A stretch of DNA of 64,000 bases, taken from NCBI GenBank assembly GCA_004022145.1, contig RCNU01000002.1. One strand, 5' to 3'. A program made the position numbers and the translations under genes. This DNA is from Paecilomyces variotii (lineage: Eukaryota). Shown in pieces: positions 14,102 to 26,984 of the stretch; position 1 is the first letter of the stretch, and each line of letters begins with the position of its first letter. The notes beneath the pieces were generated by a model, which worked only from the letters and a program-made list of their open reading frames with translations, did not search any database and was not told the origin of the DNA.

Positions 14102-15510
14102 TCACGAAATGAAGGTGGCCTCCATGAACAGAGTACCGGGCTCGGTGATCTCCTCGTCACCAGCTTTGACCTTCAGGGAAAGCTCATCCCGAGAGGCATA
14201 CTAATACAAGGTTAGTAAAAATGAGAAAGAAGGCTGTTGATAATGCATCAACTTACTTGGTAGATGTATGGCTTGGTTCCAGCAACACTGCCTGCAATGG
14301 CCTTGATGAAACCCGGCACCTCAGCCATGACATCGACACGATCCAGTCTGGTGCCCAAGGAGCCTTCAACCTCCGCATGGAAAGGCTTGTCGTCCTTGGT
14401 CTTGCCATCCCAGACGAACCTGGCCGTCTTCGGCTCGGGCCAGTCATTTTCCGTGTCTTGGCTGACCTCGATGTGCTTCGCAGTATTGGTGGCGCCCGCG
14501 CAGATGATCTCGCCATCCTTCACTACGCCTCCAACGTTGACGACAGTGGAGCCATACGAACGCGGGGTGGTGAACTCCATCATGACAGCGGAGTACGTTG
14601 GGGTCTGGAAGTTGACAAAGTTCCATTTCGCAGCTTGATTATCGACGTCAATTCCCCACTCCACAACGTCAACAGGAACGGAGACTTACCAGCATGGTGA
14701 GGCTTCATTCCCTGCAAAGCGTGGATGAAGAGACCGCGGCCGGTCACGTCGTAGGTCTTCTCCTTGGTGGTGATGGTTCCTTCCACCTTGCAGCGGGGCC
14801 AGAAGGAATGATGCATGGATCCCCATGGGTGCTTGTGGTCTGTGCCGAAGTACGAAGTTCCATCCTTTCCAACCAGGAAGCCGGGAGCAGTCCGGGTAAA
14901 GGTGATGTTGACCAAGCTGTCCTCGTTGACAGCAGACTTGATGGTGTAGGAATCCCCAGCCTCGTTCAAGGTGAGAGCCAGGTTGTCGGCCCCGAAGGAG
15001 AGCATGCTCTCATCGAAGAGATGGTTGTGCAGGCCATCGGAATGCCAGATGTGGGGGGCATCGCCGTTGGTCGCAAAGATCTTGGAATTGAACTGGCACG
15101 TGGTGTGGATGCCTCTGCAGTCGATACGAAAAGAAAAAAAAAGATCAGCCAGTCTGACTCTTGTACTTCCGTTGACCAGCGTCGTACGCGCTGATAAGTA
15201 GATGTGCCTTACGCAACGTTGCTATAGATGACTTGGACCATGGCCAATACGCCGTTGTCGGCCATGATGTAGAAAGTCTGCGTCTCGACATTGGTGTGCT
15301 GGTAGGCTCGCCATTTGAGGTCGTCCTTGATCAGTTCCCTAAAAGGGACCTCCTGCGCCTGCTGCGTGACCGACTGGATGGCACTGGGGCCATAGATGGG
15401 CTCCCGGGTGCCTGCGACGTTGGCAACGCTAATCTCGCAGACGTCAGCGATGCACAGAGGGGGGGATGCGGACTGGGCGGAAGAACATACGTCTGCTTCA
15501 ACCAGTTCAT
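14102..15510 (-). CDS. svf1: Survival factor 1 (Svf1 family), multi-exon
   Basis: Spliced product starts [21 protein letters not shown], contains [19 protein letters not shown] and [16 protein letters not shown], and ends EATFIS*; canonical introns. Confidence 0.92.
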
Positions 15511-16099
15511 GATGGGTTATGTATGTATGCTGTTATGGAGTTTGTTAAGGTCTAAGAGGGGAGATCGAGGATGGTGAACAAGCAGTGGGAAGGAGAACGG
15601 CGGGACCGAGTTTGATCCGGGGGGGAATGACGCTTGGCTGCTTCAAGTTGTGCTGCTTGCGGTGACGAGACGGTTTAGTTTCCTGAGGCAGCGCAGGAAG
15701 ACGCTGGAGGTGGTAACTATTTATCTTCCGACGAGAAAACTAAAAAACAATTAGCTAAAATAAGTTATATTTCGACTACTTTCTCAGCTTTCTATCGTTG
15801 TCGCCAACAATCGATTTGGGAAAGAGTATTGCATCATATAATATACTGAGCTCACTGTTGGGGCTCTTTTTCGCTTGCGCGTTGGTAGTGGCGGCTTCGC
15901 CCGTTGTCCGTCCTCCAACTAAGTAATATCTACCGCGCGGGAAGAAAATCTTCGAGACCCGGCGATATCAGCGAGTCTCTTGTCACCTCTTTGCGCGACA
16001 CGAGCTGCCCCCGTTTCTCTCCTCGACTCTTCTCAGGTGGCGGAGCTTCTGCAACGACGACAGACCATCTAGCAGAGTCGCTGCTCCGTTCAACCAGCC

Positions 16100-16652
16100 A
16101 TGGCTCGCAAGGCAATCCAGAAGGACCAGATCGTCAAGCTAATCGTGGGCGCTGGCCAGGCCAGCCCCAGTCCTCCAGTCGGTCCTGCACTGGGTAGTAA
16201 AGGTGTGAAGAGTATGGACTTTTGCAAGGTGCGTTTTTTCCCTCGTTCGCATCCATCTGGATTGGCTTTCCTACGATCGTTGAAGATGTGTTTTGCTGAC
16301 TAGCTACCGTCCACGGCAGGAGTTCAACGCCCGCACCGCACACATCAACACCGGAGTGCCGATTCCCGCACGAGTCACTGTCCGTCCGGACCGGTCCTTC
16401 ATCTTCGACCTACGCACTCCCAATACATCGTGGCTGCTCCTGCAGGCGGCAGGCGTTGAGCACCGGAAGAACCGGCTGCGCGGAGCGGAGAACCCGGGGA
16501 AGGATGTCATCGGCCAGGTATCCTTGAAACACGTCTACGAGATCGCCAAGATCAAGCATTCTGAGCTCCGGCTCTCCGGGTTGAGCCTGCAGGGGTTGTG
16601 TAAGAGTGTTATCGCGCAGGCACGGTCGATTGGCATCGAGGTGGTGCCGTGA
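16100..16652 (+). CDS. mrpl19: Mitochondrial ribosomal protein uL11m (MrpL19); intron 16229-16319
   Basis: [37 protein letters not shown] is the L11 signature. Confidence 0.95.
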
Positions 16653-18184
16653 AGAGAGAGGATCAACGTGTCTCTTGTTTTGTCCCAGCTATCTACCGTG
16701 TCATCCTCATTGCATTGGCGTTTCTTGGGAAGGGGGAAATCTGAAATATGTACGGAATTTCCGATGGTACATGTACTATATATGATTGTGTGCACTGGCG
16801 AGATACCGTGTTGTCTTGCTGTTATGTCGTCTCCTCGCCCTATAAGACCTAAATCTCCTACCCATAAAATACCTCGATCTACCGCCCAGCCATTGTCGCC
16901 CGTCATGTTCGTGCGCTAGACAGCCTCGAGATCTGCCGCGTCGTCATTCTGTCTTGAGCTTGGGGGATTATCTGGCCCAGAATTGGGCGGTGTTGAGCAG
17001 GCCAAGACAGGGTGATGAGAATCTGATCCACTTGGCACTCTGGTTTTTGAGGCTAGGTGGTTCGCGACAAAAAGAGAATACGAAGGTGAAGTAGTATCGA
17101 GAATACCAGGGGAAAAAAAGGAGTAACTGGGGAAACATCTGGGGGAATCTTTTATCTGGGGAAAGACCCTTTTTTTGATTTCCGCATTCAGATTCCCTAC
17201 GATCCCACCCTGTGGATTGGCCCGTTGAGCACTGACAGGAATCTAAGAGTCAAACAGTCTCGAATCAGAGTCAACTTGGCAGGGGGCGACCTGACATAGT
17301 AGTAAAGATTACGACTATCTACTCTAGAGTATGTGCCAATGCACTCACAATTTGCTTGGCCAGTCGGCCATGATCAGTTTAATATTAGCTTGCACGGCGA
17401 TTCTGGCCCATCTCAGACTCCCAGAGACTAGCCGCCGCGGTAGAAGCACGCCAACGCATCCTCTGTATTAACATTTCCCCTGGCAGATGCCAATGGTTTT
17501 AGAGAGGTCGATCTCGGGAGCAGCTGTAGAATCGTAATAATAGATATCTGTTGCGCGGCGATCCGCCACCGGGGTCCGACACGGACGAGAAGCGCCACGC
17601 AGAGGGAGGGCGTTGCAAAGCAGGGCAACTCTTTGCTGGGCGCGCGAACATCCCACTTGGGTCCCAAGACGTAAGCAGTAAGAGTATTACTGCGATATGG
17701 TAGAGATGACTTTCAGTGGGGCAGCCCAGGCTTGGAAGCTCGGGGGATCGCGCTATTTTGACCGTCTTGGAGGGACTGTTCATGTGCCATGGACGATGGG
17801 ATGGGTTTGGGGGCGAGGGGGATGAGGAACGGGAAGTATTAACTAGTTAATTGCTCTAGATAATAATTGATTAGTTAGTTAGAGATGGCAGAAATGGCAG
17901 AGAAGCTGGAGCAGAGCAGCGAACCAGTGCGGGATGCTGTCGCACGTCGCAAGTCAGCAGACAAGACAGACAAGAGTGCTGGATGCATCCGGATTGGCAT
18001 TCTGGCGAAGATTACTCGGATCTCGAATAAAAACTCATAAAGTGCTAAACTCCCCCAGTTGCTCCGCGGGATTCCGGCACAGTCAAGTTGACGATGACTC
18101 TAGCGCTGTAGCAGACCATTATTGTTATTGCCCAGGCCTTATCCGTGCTTCCCCCCACCAACCCGGCTTTGCTCTTGGTCGCCT

Positions 18185-18218
18185 TTCTCTCTCTCGCTCT
18201 CCCTCTCTCTCTCTCTCT
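18185..18218. repeat. Imperfect (CT)n pyrimidine tract in the kinase upstream region
   Basis: ttctctctctcgctctccctctctctctctctct. Confidence 0.7.
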
Positions 18219-18664
18219 TTCACCGCGAACGCCTGCCCGCATTAATTTACTCACTAATTTAAACTAACTAACTAACCAACTACCCAACTACAACCCTTCC
18301 TGTCCTCCCTTCCTTCCAAATATCATTCCCATCTGGACGGATTCCACTTCTCTCTGGATGGTAGTGAGGCTGTCTGGCTTTCTGAGCCGGTGCTGCGCGT
18401 GAATTCCTCTCTGGCCTTGCAGAAGAAAGAGAAATCGCCTCCGCACAGTCTTTATTATACGAACCCTGTTGCCGCGCTCGACCCCCCATCCGACGGTACC
18501 CGCTGGATTTGCCCTCCAACAAACCTCCCATCACCATCTCCAATTTCGACTCGATCCCTGTGAATACACTCCAGACACAGTCCCAGAGGCGGTGAAAAGA
18601 GGCATGTGTCCTGGTTGTCTGTCGGCCGCTCCTGCAAGATTATTCTGTCCCACCTGTGACGAAT

Positions 18665-21302
18665 ATGACGTCTAAGGCTCCCGATTCGGGAACCCAGAAG
18701 GAAGACATGGCTGCTGGTATGCACCTCCCACGCAACACCTTTCCCATGGCAGACACCGTGCATTGCTAACGTTGACTCTTTCCGCCGCTACAGATATGCA
18801 GACCCCGCAGATCGAGCTCCCGGCCTCTCAACCCCCCGAAGAAGACGCGGCGAATGCCCAATCGAAGCCTCACCGGGACCACGCCGTCCGCTTTGCATCT
18901 GTCAACGAGGAGATCGAGCCCTCCCAGTCCGCACAGGACGCCTCGTCGCCTGCTTCCGACGACCAGCCGCAGCGGCCAGACGACCTGAGCCCGGACGCGA
19001 AGGACGAACTCCGGTCGCTGGCGATGAGCCTGCAGAAGTCCAACCTACAAGAGTCTCGAATGCGCAATTTTGCCTTTGAAGCCGTCTCCCTGCCTCCCTC
19101 GAGGGTACGTATTAAGCCTACCCTCTTGTGGCCCTTTCGCCTGGCGCAGTCTCCGGCTAACATTCAGATACACAGTATCCCTCGAGGAATAACTCTAGGG
19201 AATCTAGTCTTCGAGAAAGCTCAAGGTCGGATGGACAGTCACCTCACGGCTCGCCCCCCGTGTCCGCGATGCAGTCACCCCCGCTGACCCCTGCGGCCAC
19301 CCACTCCCGGGATGGCAAGGCTGGTGAGAGCACCGCAACGCTGGCTCCCGTCAACCGAGACCAGGGAGACCAGGCTGCGATGACTCCTCAGACCTCACCC
19401 CCGGTGTCCACTCCAGGAAAGCAGACGGCTTCCTCAAGTGCTATCTCCTCCAGACCCTCATCGGGAGAGCAATTAGCGACCAAACGCAGCGGCCACTCAG
19501 AGGCTTCATCAGCGGCTGCCGTTCACGCACAGAGGCACAAGCCACACTTCTTCGTCGGCCCCAGTACGGATACGAGTTCGGTGGAGGGGAGCCCGCCGCC
19601 GACGCCAAAGAATGAGACCGGATGGTTGACCCCATACGGTCCCTCTGGGACCATGACTCCCATGGGGGAGCAAGATGATCCGTACGCACGAAGCAAACGA
19701 CCACCTCAGCCTCGAAACCTTGCCCAGCTAGACCAGAGGTTCATCTTCGGGGGAATCGACTCGAAGCGTCGGGGTCAAAATTCCTCTGCATCTCTAGCCG
19801 GTCTGCGCACCCCGCGCTCATCTAGTACGAGCGACTTGAAATCGCAGGAGAAACGGGGTTCGTCTATCTTCGGCAAATCTGATAGCAAGGGGCATCACAA
19901 CAACCACCATCATGAACACCACGGCTCAATGGCGGAGCTCAAGCGGTTTTTCAAGTTGGGCCACAAGCATAAGCACGGAGGCTCGCCGAGCTTGAAGAAA
20001 TCGAGCAAGTCATCGAAGAGCCCGCCTTATCAGATGGCGCCATCGAACGTGCCGTTCGCGGATGATCATGGTCTGAATTCGAAGTATGGGAAATTGGGTA
20101 AAGTTCTTGGGTCCGGTGCGGGCGGGTCGGTACGACTGCTGAAGCGCAGCAGTGACGGTGTCACCTTTGCCGTCAAGCAATTCCGGGATCGTCACTCGTG
20201 GGAGTCGGAAAGAGAGTATGCGAAGAAGGTCACCGCCGAATTTTGTATCGGATCGACGTTACACCATGGCAACATCATTGAGACACTGGACATCATCCAC
20301 GAGGGAGGCCACTGGTACGAGGTTATGGAGTATGCGCCTTACGATCTGTTCGCCATCGTCATGACAGGAAAGATGTCCAAGGAGGAAATTGCATGTTCGT
20401 TTCGACAGATTCTCAATGGAGTGGCGTATCTCCATGGGATGGGCTTAGCTCACCGGGATTTGAAACTGGATAACGTCGTGGTCAATGAACACGGGATCAT
20501 GAAGTTGATCGATTTCGGTAGTGCGGTGGTTTTCCGGTACCCCTTCGAGAACGACATTGTTCCCGCTTCTGGCATTGTCGGTTCCGATCCCTATTTGGCT
20601 CCGGAGGTGTACGATGAGAAGAGATACGATCCCCGCCCGACTGATATTTGGTCCTTGGCCATCATATTCTGCTGCATGACACTGCGACGATTCCCATGGA
20701 AGCAGCCCAGGTTGACGGACAACTCGTACAAACTGTTTGTGTCGCCTCCAACACCCGGTACACCGGTGCCAGATTCGCAACCCAGGCACCGTCCCAAGTC
20801 CACGGCCGATCTTCCCTCGATGGCAAGTGAGGTCCACAACCGCATGGCGACGCCCATGGCAACGCCAGTGGTCACAAGGCAGCCGAATGGAACGTCTTCA
20901 ACTTCCGGTGCTAACAGACCGCAACCGAAATCTGATCCCCCAACCCGCACGGACGACGGACCGAAATCCGAGCCCTCAAAGCCCAAGTCTGGAGAAACGA
21001 CCAGCAAAGAAGCTCCCCCACTGCCGCCTGGCTCGACTGTCCACAAGCCACAGGAGGTGATCAGAGGTCCCTGGCGGCTACTGCGCATTCTACCGCGCGA
21101 GAGCAGGTGGATTATCGGACGCATGCTCAAACCTAATCCCAAGGAGCGTGCAACACTGGAGGAGGTTATCGCTGATGACTGGATTCTCCATATCAAGGTG
21201 TGTCGACAGGAAGATTCCGGCACGATCATAAAAGCGCCCGGTCATGATCACGTCCTCGAACCTCCTTCACCCAGTGTGCCGGTGCAGAGTAAGGCCAAAT
21301 AA
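18665..21302 (+). CDS. Ser/Thr kinase of the NPR/HAL5 group, Oca2/Hrk1/Rtk1-like; exons 18665-18716, 18794-19104, 19176-21302
   Basis: [41 protein letters not shown] and GSDPYLAPE motifs; both introns restore frame; alternative in-frame ATG at 18707. Confidence 0.93.
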
Positions 21303-22457
21303 GAAGGCCAGAATAACCGTCACCTGTTCCGGAACAACTATTCAAGTACGGCATACATACCTTTTTGACCTTACTCCTTGATTCCCTCATGGTTCCAATT
21401 GTGTCTTTCATGCGTTTATGAGGACGTTGATGATGCACCATTTAATCGATTATCCGTTCTTGCATCCTTATTACAGGGGCTGGTCTGCTTTTTGGGGCGT
21501 CTTGGTTGAATTGAGCGATTCCAAAAGGCGATTATTTTGATTTGATACAGTCGCGCCGGGGATACGGTGTGACGTGCCGGGTTCCATCATAGAAGTTGCT
21601 TTAGTAGACGTTATTTGCGTTCGTCGGAAATGTTATACGGAATTGAGAGGAGAGTGGATGCCTACAGGTCTGCATGTTTCTTTTACGCGCTTCCTTGACA
21701 TGTCCATTCATCACCGCAGTGAAGCGAAATGTGCCTCGAAGGCGATGCCTAGAAGATCATGGAAGGGGTGGGAGGAGATACGCGAGCCGGATGAATCGAG
21801 TCTGTAGATTCGTTCGTTCTTTCTCCTTCGGTAACCCTGTGCACTGCACGAGGCTTCTTCTATAGCCGAACCCTCTAGCGCATGCAACCCCACCATGACA
21901 AGCTGACATATCTGCGATTTAAAGGCCTTTGTTATTGTGCGCATCTTTGCTTGCAGTGTCTTGGATGTTATCCATTCGCAGCATTCCTTGTTCGAGTATT
22001 ATACCGCGCCGGCTTAATTTGACACTGCGAAGCTGGGCTGAGCACGCCGGATACGAGGTGGATTGAACAGATAGTATAAACCATTGTATAGAGCCCATAG
22101 GAATATAACTATAACCTTGGGGATTTATCTTATTATTTTGACTACATTTAGATCGTGGAACAGAGGGAGCAAGTAACTAAATCGGAGATTGCGGAGTTTA
22201 CATACGCTGGGAAACTTAGCGATAATCAGATCGGAGCTCAAGGGCCGTTCACCGGAGGGTTGGCAACAGCGATCTTCACGACAACGGAGGCTGCTGCACA
22301 GTAGTCCTCTCGACTTATATCTGTTCCGGCGGCTCATTGTGCACACTGGTCCTATCTCATACACTCAGTCCATGTCCAAGTGAGCCCGAAGCTTGGCTGG
22401 ATATGCTGTGTTGATAGGCTCCCAAAATTTCCCTCAACGCCGAATACAGACCTAACG

Positions 22458-23556
22458 ATGGTCGACCAGACGGAGCCGGAGCCATTGGCTTCCTCCCTGT
22501 GGACGAGGTCTCTTCTTGTATGCTCATGAGCCTTTGTATTCGGTCTTTTCTTTTGGCGAATTCCTCCTTGATGAGCTGCAGAGTCACGATCACTGACTCG
22601 CAATTTCACAGTCCGGTGCGGTTGCCGGTCTCACCGTTGACCTCTCCCTGTATCCTCTCGATACTATCAAGACTCGTCTACAGAAGGCCAGACACAGCAC
22701 TAACGGCCCTACGACGAAATCTGCGCCACCTCCTCTCCGACAGACCATCCGCGGCATCTACGCCGGTCTTCCCTCCGTCCTCCTCGGCTCCGCACCTTCG
22801 GCGGCCTCCTTCTTTATCGTCTACGATGGCGTGAAGCGCGCCCTCCTTCCCTCCTCTACGTCCGAGCCAGCGTCAAAATGGCATACGTTCTTCACACACT
22901 CGCTGGCATCCTCGATGGGTGAGATTTCCGCCTGCGCGGTCCGCGTCCCCACCGAAGTGATCAAGCAGCGCGCCCAGGCTGGACTTTTCGGCGGCTCGAC
23001 GCTGCTGGCCCTGAAAGATATTCTATCCCTGCGCCATGCCGATCCGACTTCGGGAGCGAAGAGGGGATATGGCCAGGTCATTCGTGAGCTGTACCGCGGC
23101 ACGGGCATCACAATCGCACGAGAGATCCCGTTTACGGTCCTTCAGTTTACCATGTGGGAGAGCATGAAGGGTGCGTATGCGAAGCGGACACTCAACAAAG
23201 CTCAGGGGGCAGACGGCGCCATTGGCGTTGCAGCAGAGCAGATTCCCGCATCGACGAGTGCGCTATTTGGCAGTTTTGCTGGTGCTGTTGCGGCTGGTCT
23301 GACGACGCCGCTGGATGTTATCAAGACGCGAGTCATGCTGGCCCGACGCGGAGATGGTGGGGAGTCGGGCCGTGTGCGGATTAAGGATGTGGTGCGCGGC
23401 ATCGCCAGTGAGGGCTTCGGTGCTTTCTGGCGAGGTATCGGACCTCGTGTCACTTGGATTGGAATTGGTGGTGCGGTGTTTCTAGGCAGTTACCAGTGGG
23501 CATGGAATACTCTGGAGGGGAAAGACAGGGAGCGGTTGGCTAGGGAGGAGAAATAG
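22458..23556 (+). CDS. Mitochondrial carrier, S-adenosylmethionine transporter (Sam5/Pet8-like); intron 22518-22611
   Basis: Three carrier signatures: [20 protein letters not shown] and [10 protein letters not shown]; also REIPF and [18 protein letters not shown]. Confidence 0.92.
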
Positions 23557-23685
23557 GCGGGGGAGTTGTGGGATTGTATATTAAGCCATGTACATTGCGT
23601 ATGAATGAAATAGAGCCTGGTTTTAGAAGTATGGGCTTGCTGTGTGCTGATTTGTTGAACCATCTATCTAGATTCAACCATTCTC

Positions 23686-24498
23686 CTAAACACCCTTTCT
23701 CAGCATCCATTTCAGCTCCTCAACCTGCTCAGGAGTCAATAGCTCCTCCATCGTCTCCGGAAGCATAAAATCATGATCAGCGAACTCGAACCCCGGAACG
23801 ACAGTCTAGAAACCAAAGATCAGAACAATCATCATCATCATGGCTCTACTTTCTTGCGTCAAAAATTTACAAATATCAATAAATATACGTACCTCACTAA
23901 TCAACAACCCCTCCGTCCTCTTCTCCCCATCCCCCTCCTGATCCGGCAGAAGATAACTCGCTTTATACTTCCCCCCTTCCACGATCCACTGCACTTTCTC
24001 CCCCTTCTGAATATCCTTCCCGACAACAAACGTCTCGATCCTCGCTTTCTTCCCCTCCACCACCTTCCCCTCTGGACTCATCACCTCATCCGCGTGAATC
24101 AACACATACCTTCCCCTTCCCCAGTGAAGAGTATGCACCGTCCGGCCCCGATTCCGATGAAACGCACCCAGAGGCGTCCCGGGCGTCAAGTAGTAATAAA
24201 TCGTCGTGCTCGCGGAGCGAGTTGTGTTATCTTGACCTGGGGCGAGACGGGTTGTCGCGTTTGAAGGGGCGGCGTAGGAGAGGTTGGGATCGGATAGGAA
24301 TGGGTTCGGGATGTTGAGTGGTGAGCGGTCAGTTTCGGTGAAGTAGCCGCCTTCGATGTGAGGGGTGAGGTTGAGTGTGGTGATGGTTGAGAGGATGGAG
24401 GGTTGTTGTTCGGGTTGGGTGGTGGGATCGATGGGTGTGCTGGATGGTGGGGGGTAGATGGGTTTGAGGGTTGAGAGGGGGGTGGAAGAGGAGGACAT
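23686..24498 (-). CDS. DUF985 / Cupin_5 family protein (YML079W-like); intron 23806-23892
   Basis: LTPHIEGGYFTET, STTIYYYLT, FHRN, QWIVEGGKYKAS and LISE|TVVPGFEFADH. Confidence 0.92.
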
Positions 24499-25999
24499 GG
24501 TGAGGTCTTATGATAATGCTCCTTTTTTTGGTTTGTTCTGGGGAAAAGAGGATTTGGTTGGATGTGAGGTTGGAAGAGGTGTTAACACTTTTTTTCTTTT
24601 GTAAATGAGAAAGTGGTTATAAACTATATATCTCTGAACTAAGTTAACGGTGAGATTATGCCGATATGATGGCGCTATCTTAGCGCATCTGCACAACATC
24701 CAGATGAGGTGAGATGAAAACACCGCTCAAGTTCGAAGGCTGAATGGAAAAATAAGCAAATAAAAAAAAAAAAAAGGAGAGAACAACAGAAAGAATACCT
24801 ACGGGCATTAATCAGAGCCATATGTTGTGCTCTTTCTATTCATCTATTCATCGAAGTCGGGGCTATTAAGAACCGCGTCTTCGGCGATCCACTCTAATAT
24901 TATATGTCACGAGCTGAACATCAGCACAGGTATCAGATATCAGATGATCATATAAGCACTAAACCAGGATATAGACTTCCGCCCGCGTGTTCCTCTTCGA
25001 CCTCTTCAATATTCTGCACTCACTCCATTGTAGAGTATTCGAATTAATTTGGCCAGTACCATTTCCTGCCTGGAAACTTGCAGTCCCTTTTCAGTTCGAC
25101 CGCGAAGGCTACCTAATGTATCACCATCCAGTCCCAGTATTACTTGAAAGCCAGGTTTCGTAAGAAGATGCCTCATGGGTGATATTCATTCGGGAAAATG
25201 CCTTATGCAAGAGTACCTAAACTATTGTTAGCCGCTTCACATGCGGCGCAAAGAGGTGCTAATAACAAATACAAGGCGCTTAACCTCAGGATATCAATCC
25301 CCCACGACAAATCATTGTCTTCGCCTCAAAATCCTAAAAAGCTTAGATTATCCACTATAAACAGTGAGTTATCTTATTGCATGTAAGAACCCAAAATGCT
25401 ACTTACCTAGGTAGGCAGGTATTGTTGGAAATGGACACCAGAAAGCGCTACTAGCCTTGTTAGACCTGCATGTTAAAACTGTTCTCTACCATTCAGTTCG
25501 ATTCAATCGAGATATATTTAAAACAAGATTAGCCGCTTCGCCTTTTTTAGGTCTTTTACATACCCTGATTTCTTTTTATTGTTCGCAAAATTGGAGAGCT
25601 GCAGTTTCATATAATGCTTTCTATAGTGGTGCTAGCCTCGTCATTCTGGGCTTTCATTCACTCCCCTACGCGCCGGCAATGCCTTCCATCACAGCCTCCT
25701 TTTGAGAAATTTCACCTTCTTTCAAGCAGGACCATCTGCGATCTCCCTAGAGACAGGGAGAGACAGGGCCAACAAGGCAACTCTTCTTCGAGTATATTGA
25801 CATAGGGTCTGCCCGAGTAACCATCTTCTTGCCTTAATCACAAATCATCAACCTTGGAGTACGATTCAGATTATTCCTATCTTCGCTATATATTGATGGC
25901 TTTCTGCCAGTCGACCAAAAAGGAGAACTCCTAGTTGGTCTACCTGGATCTCAAACATATATCTTTTACTATACCTACTGTTTGCGCAAGAAATTCACT

Positions 26000-26797
26000 A
26001 TGGCTTCTCGCTACAGTCTTGTGGATTATGATTCCGACGAAGAAGCCCAAAAATACCCAAGAATCCCTATTTCCAATTTGACATCAGCTGGATTCTTCGT
26101 TGCTGGAATCTTGGACCAAGCAGGGATCCAATATGGCGTCATGGGGGGCATGGCTGTCAAGTTGATGGGAGGAATGCGTGATACCCGTGATGTTGACATT
26201 GCCTTTAACGCCCCAGGAAAGATGCGGGACTTGTGGCGTGTATTGGAGGTGCAGCCGCGGTATATATCACACTGTAAGAAGCTTTACTGATCGGCTACTG
26301 ACGTCATGTCTACAGTTTGATCATTCCTAAAGAGAGGCTCATCAGCAACATCATGAGAATCTTTGTGAGAACAGGGCCTGGCTATGACAACTGTCCACGC
26401 GGTATACCCGTGGAAGTAGACCTTATTGAGTGTGGTATGTGATCCTGCATTTTGGTCGATTAGTTCTCCTACATCTTGGATACATCTAACAATATCAGGA
26501 TACCAAAACAGTCCCCGAGACCTCGGAAACCATCGCACAGAGCTTCAACTCACGGTTGATTCAGAGCCCAGATCGATCTATGTCATCGATATTCTCTATT
26601 TGATGCGTGGAAAGATGGCAGCTTTCATGAGCCGGCGCAGCGACAATGACCGAGATGACATAACATATCTTCTGCGAGCCTACCCGGAAGCGATCCAGGG
26701 GATCAAGGATAAACTCGACCCAATTGCTGTCGACTGCTTCCTGGAAAGTGTCTCTGCTGAGAACAGAGGATACTGGACTCGATTCTTCGGCCATTGA
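26000..26797 (+). CDS. Putative nucleotidyltransferase, AbiEii/MenT (DUF1814)-like motifs, 225 aa; exons 26000-26259, 26316-26434, 26499-26797
   Basis: Two GT-AG introns with CTGAC/CTAAC branch points give one continuous ORF. Motifs YGVMGGMAVKLMGGMRDTRDVDIA, VEVDLI and GKMAAFMSRRSDNDRDDI. Confidence 0.8.
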
Positions 26798-26984
26798 GAT
26801 TCCGGAGAGATGAAGGCATTCGATCTTTTACCTCGGCCACTGCTTGGATATTGGCCTCACGCCAAAGTCCCCTTCGTTTCTGTCTTTCCTTTTTATTACC
26901 AGATTGAGAAATTCAGTTGCTCTTCTTGACATGTAGATACTATACAGTCATTACAAATTGAAATGCTTGTCTGACCCCCCTTTC

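Noticed and set aside
24960-25830. Coding-like fragments on the minus strand upstream of the NTase gene (possible pseudogene relic)
   Set aside because: Frames are broken by stops and I could not recognise any family; needs tBLASTx.
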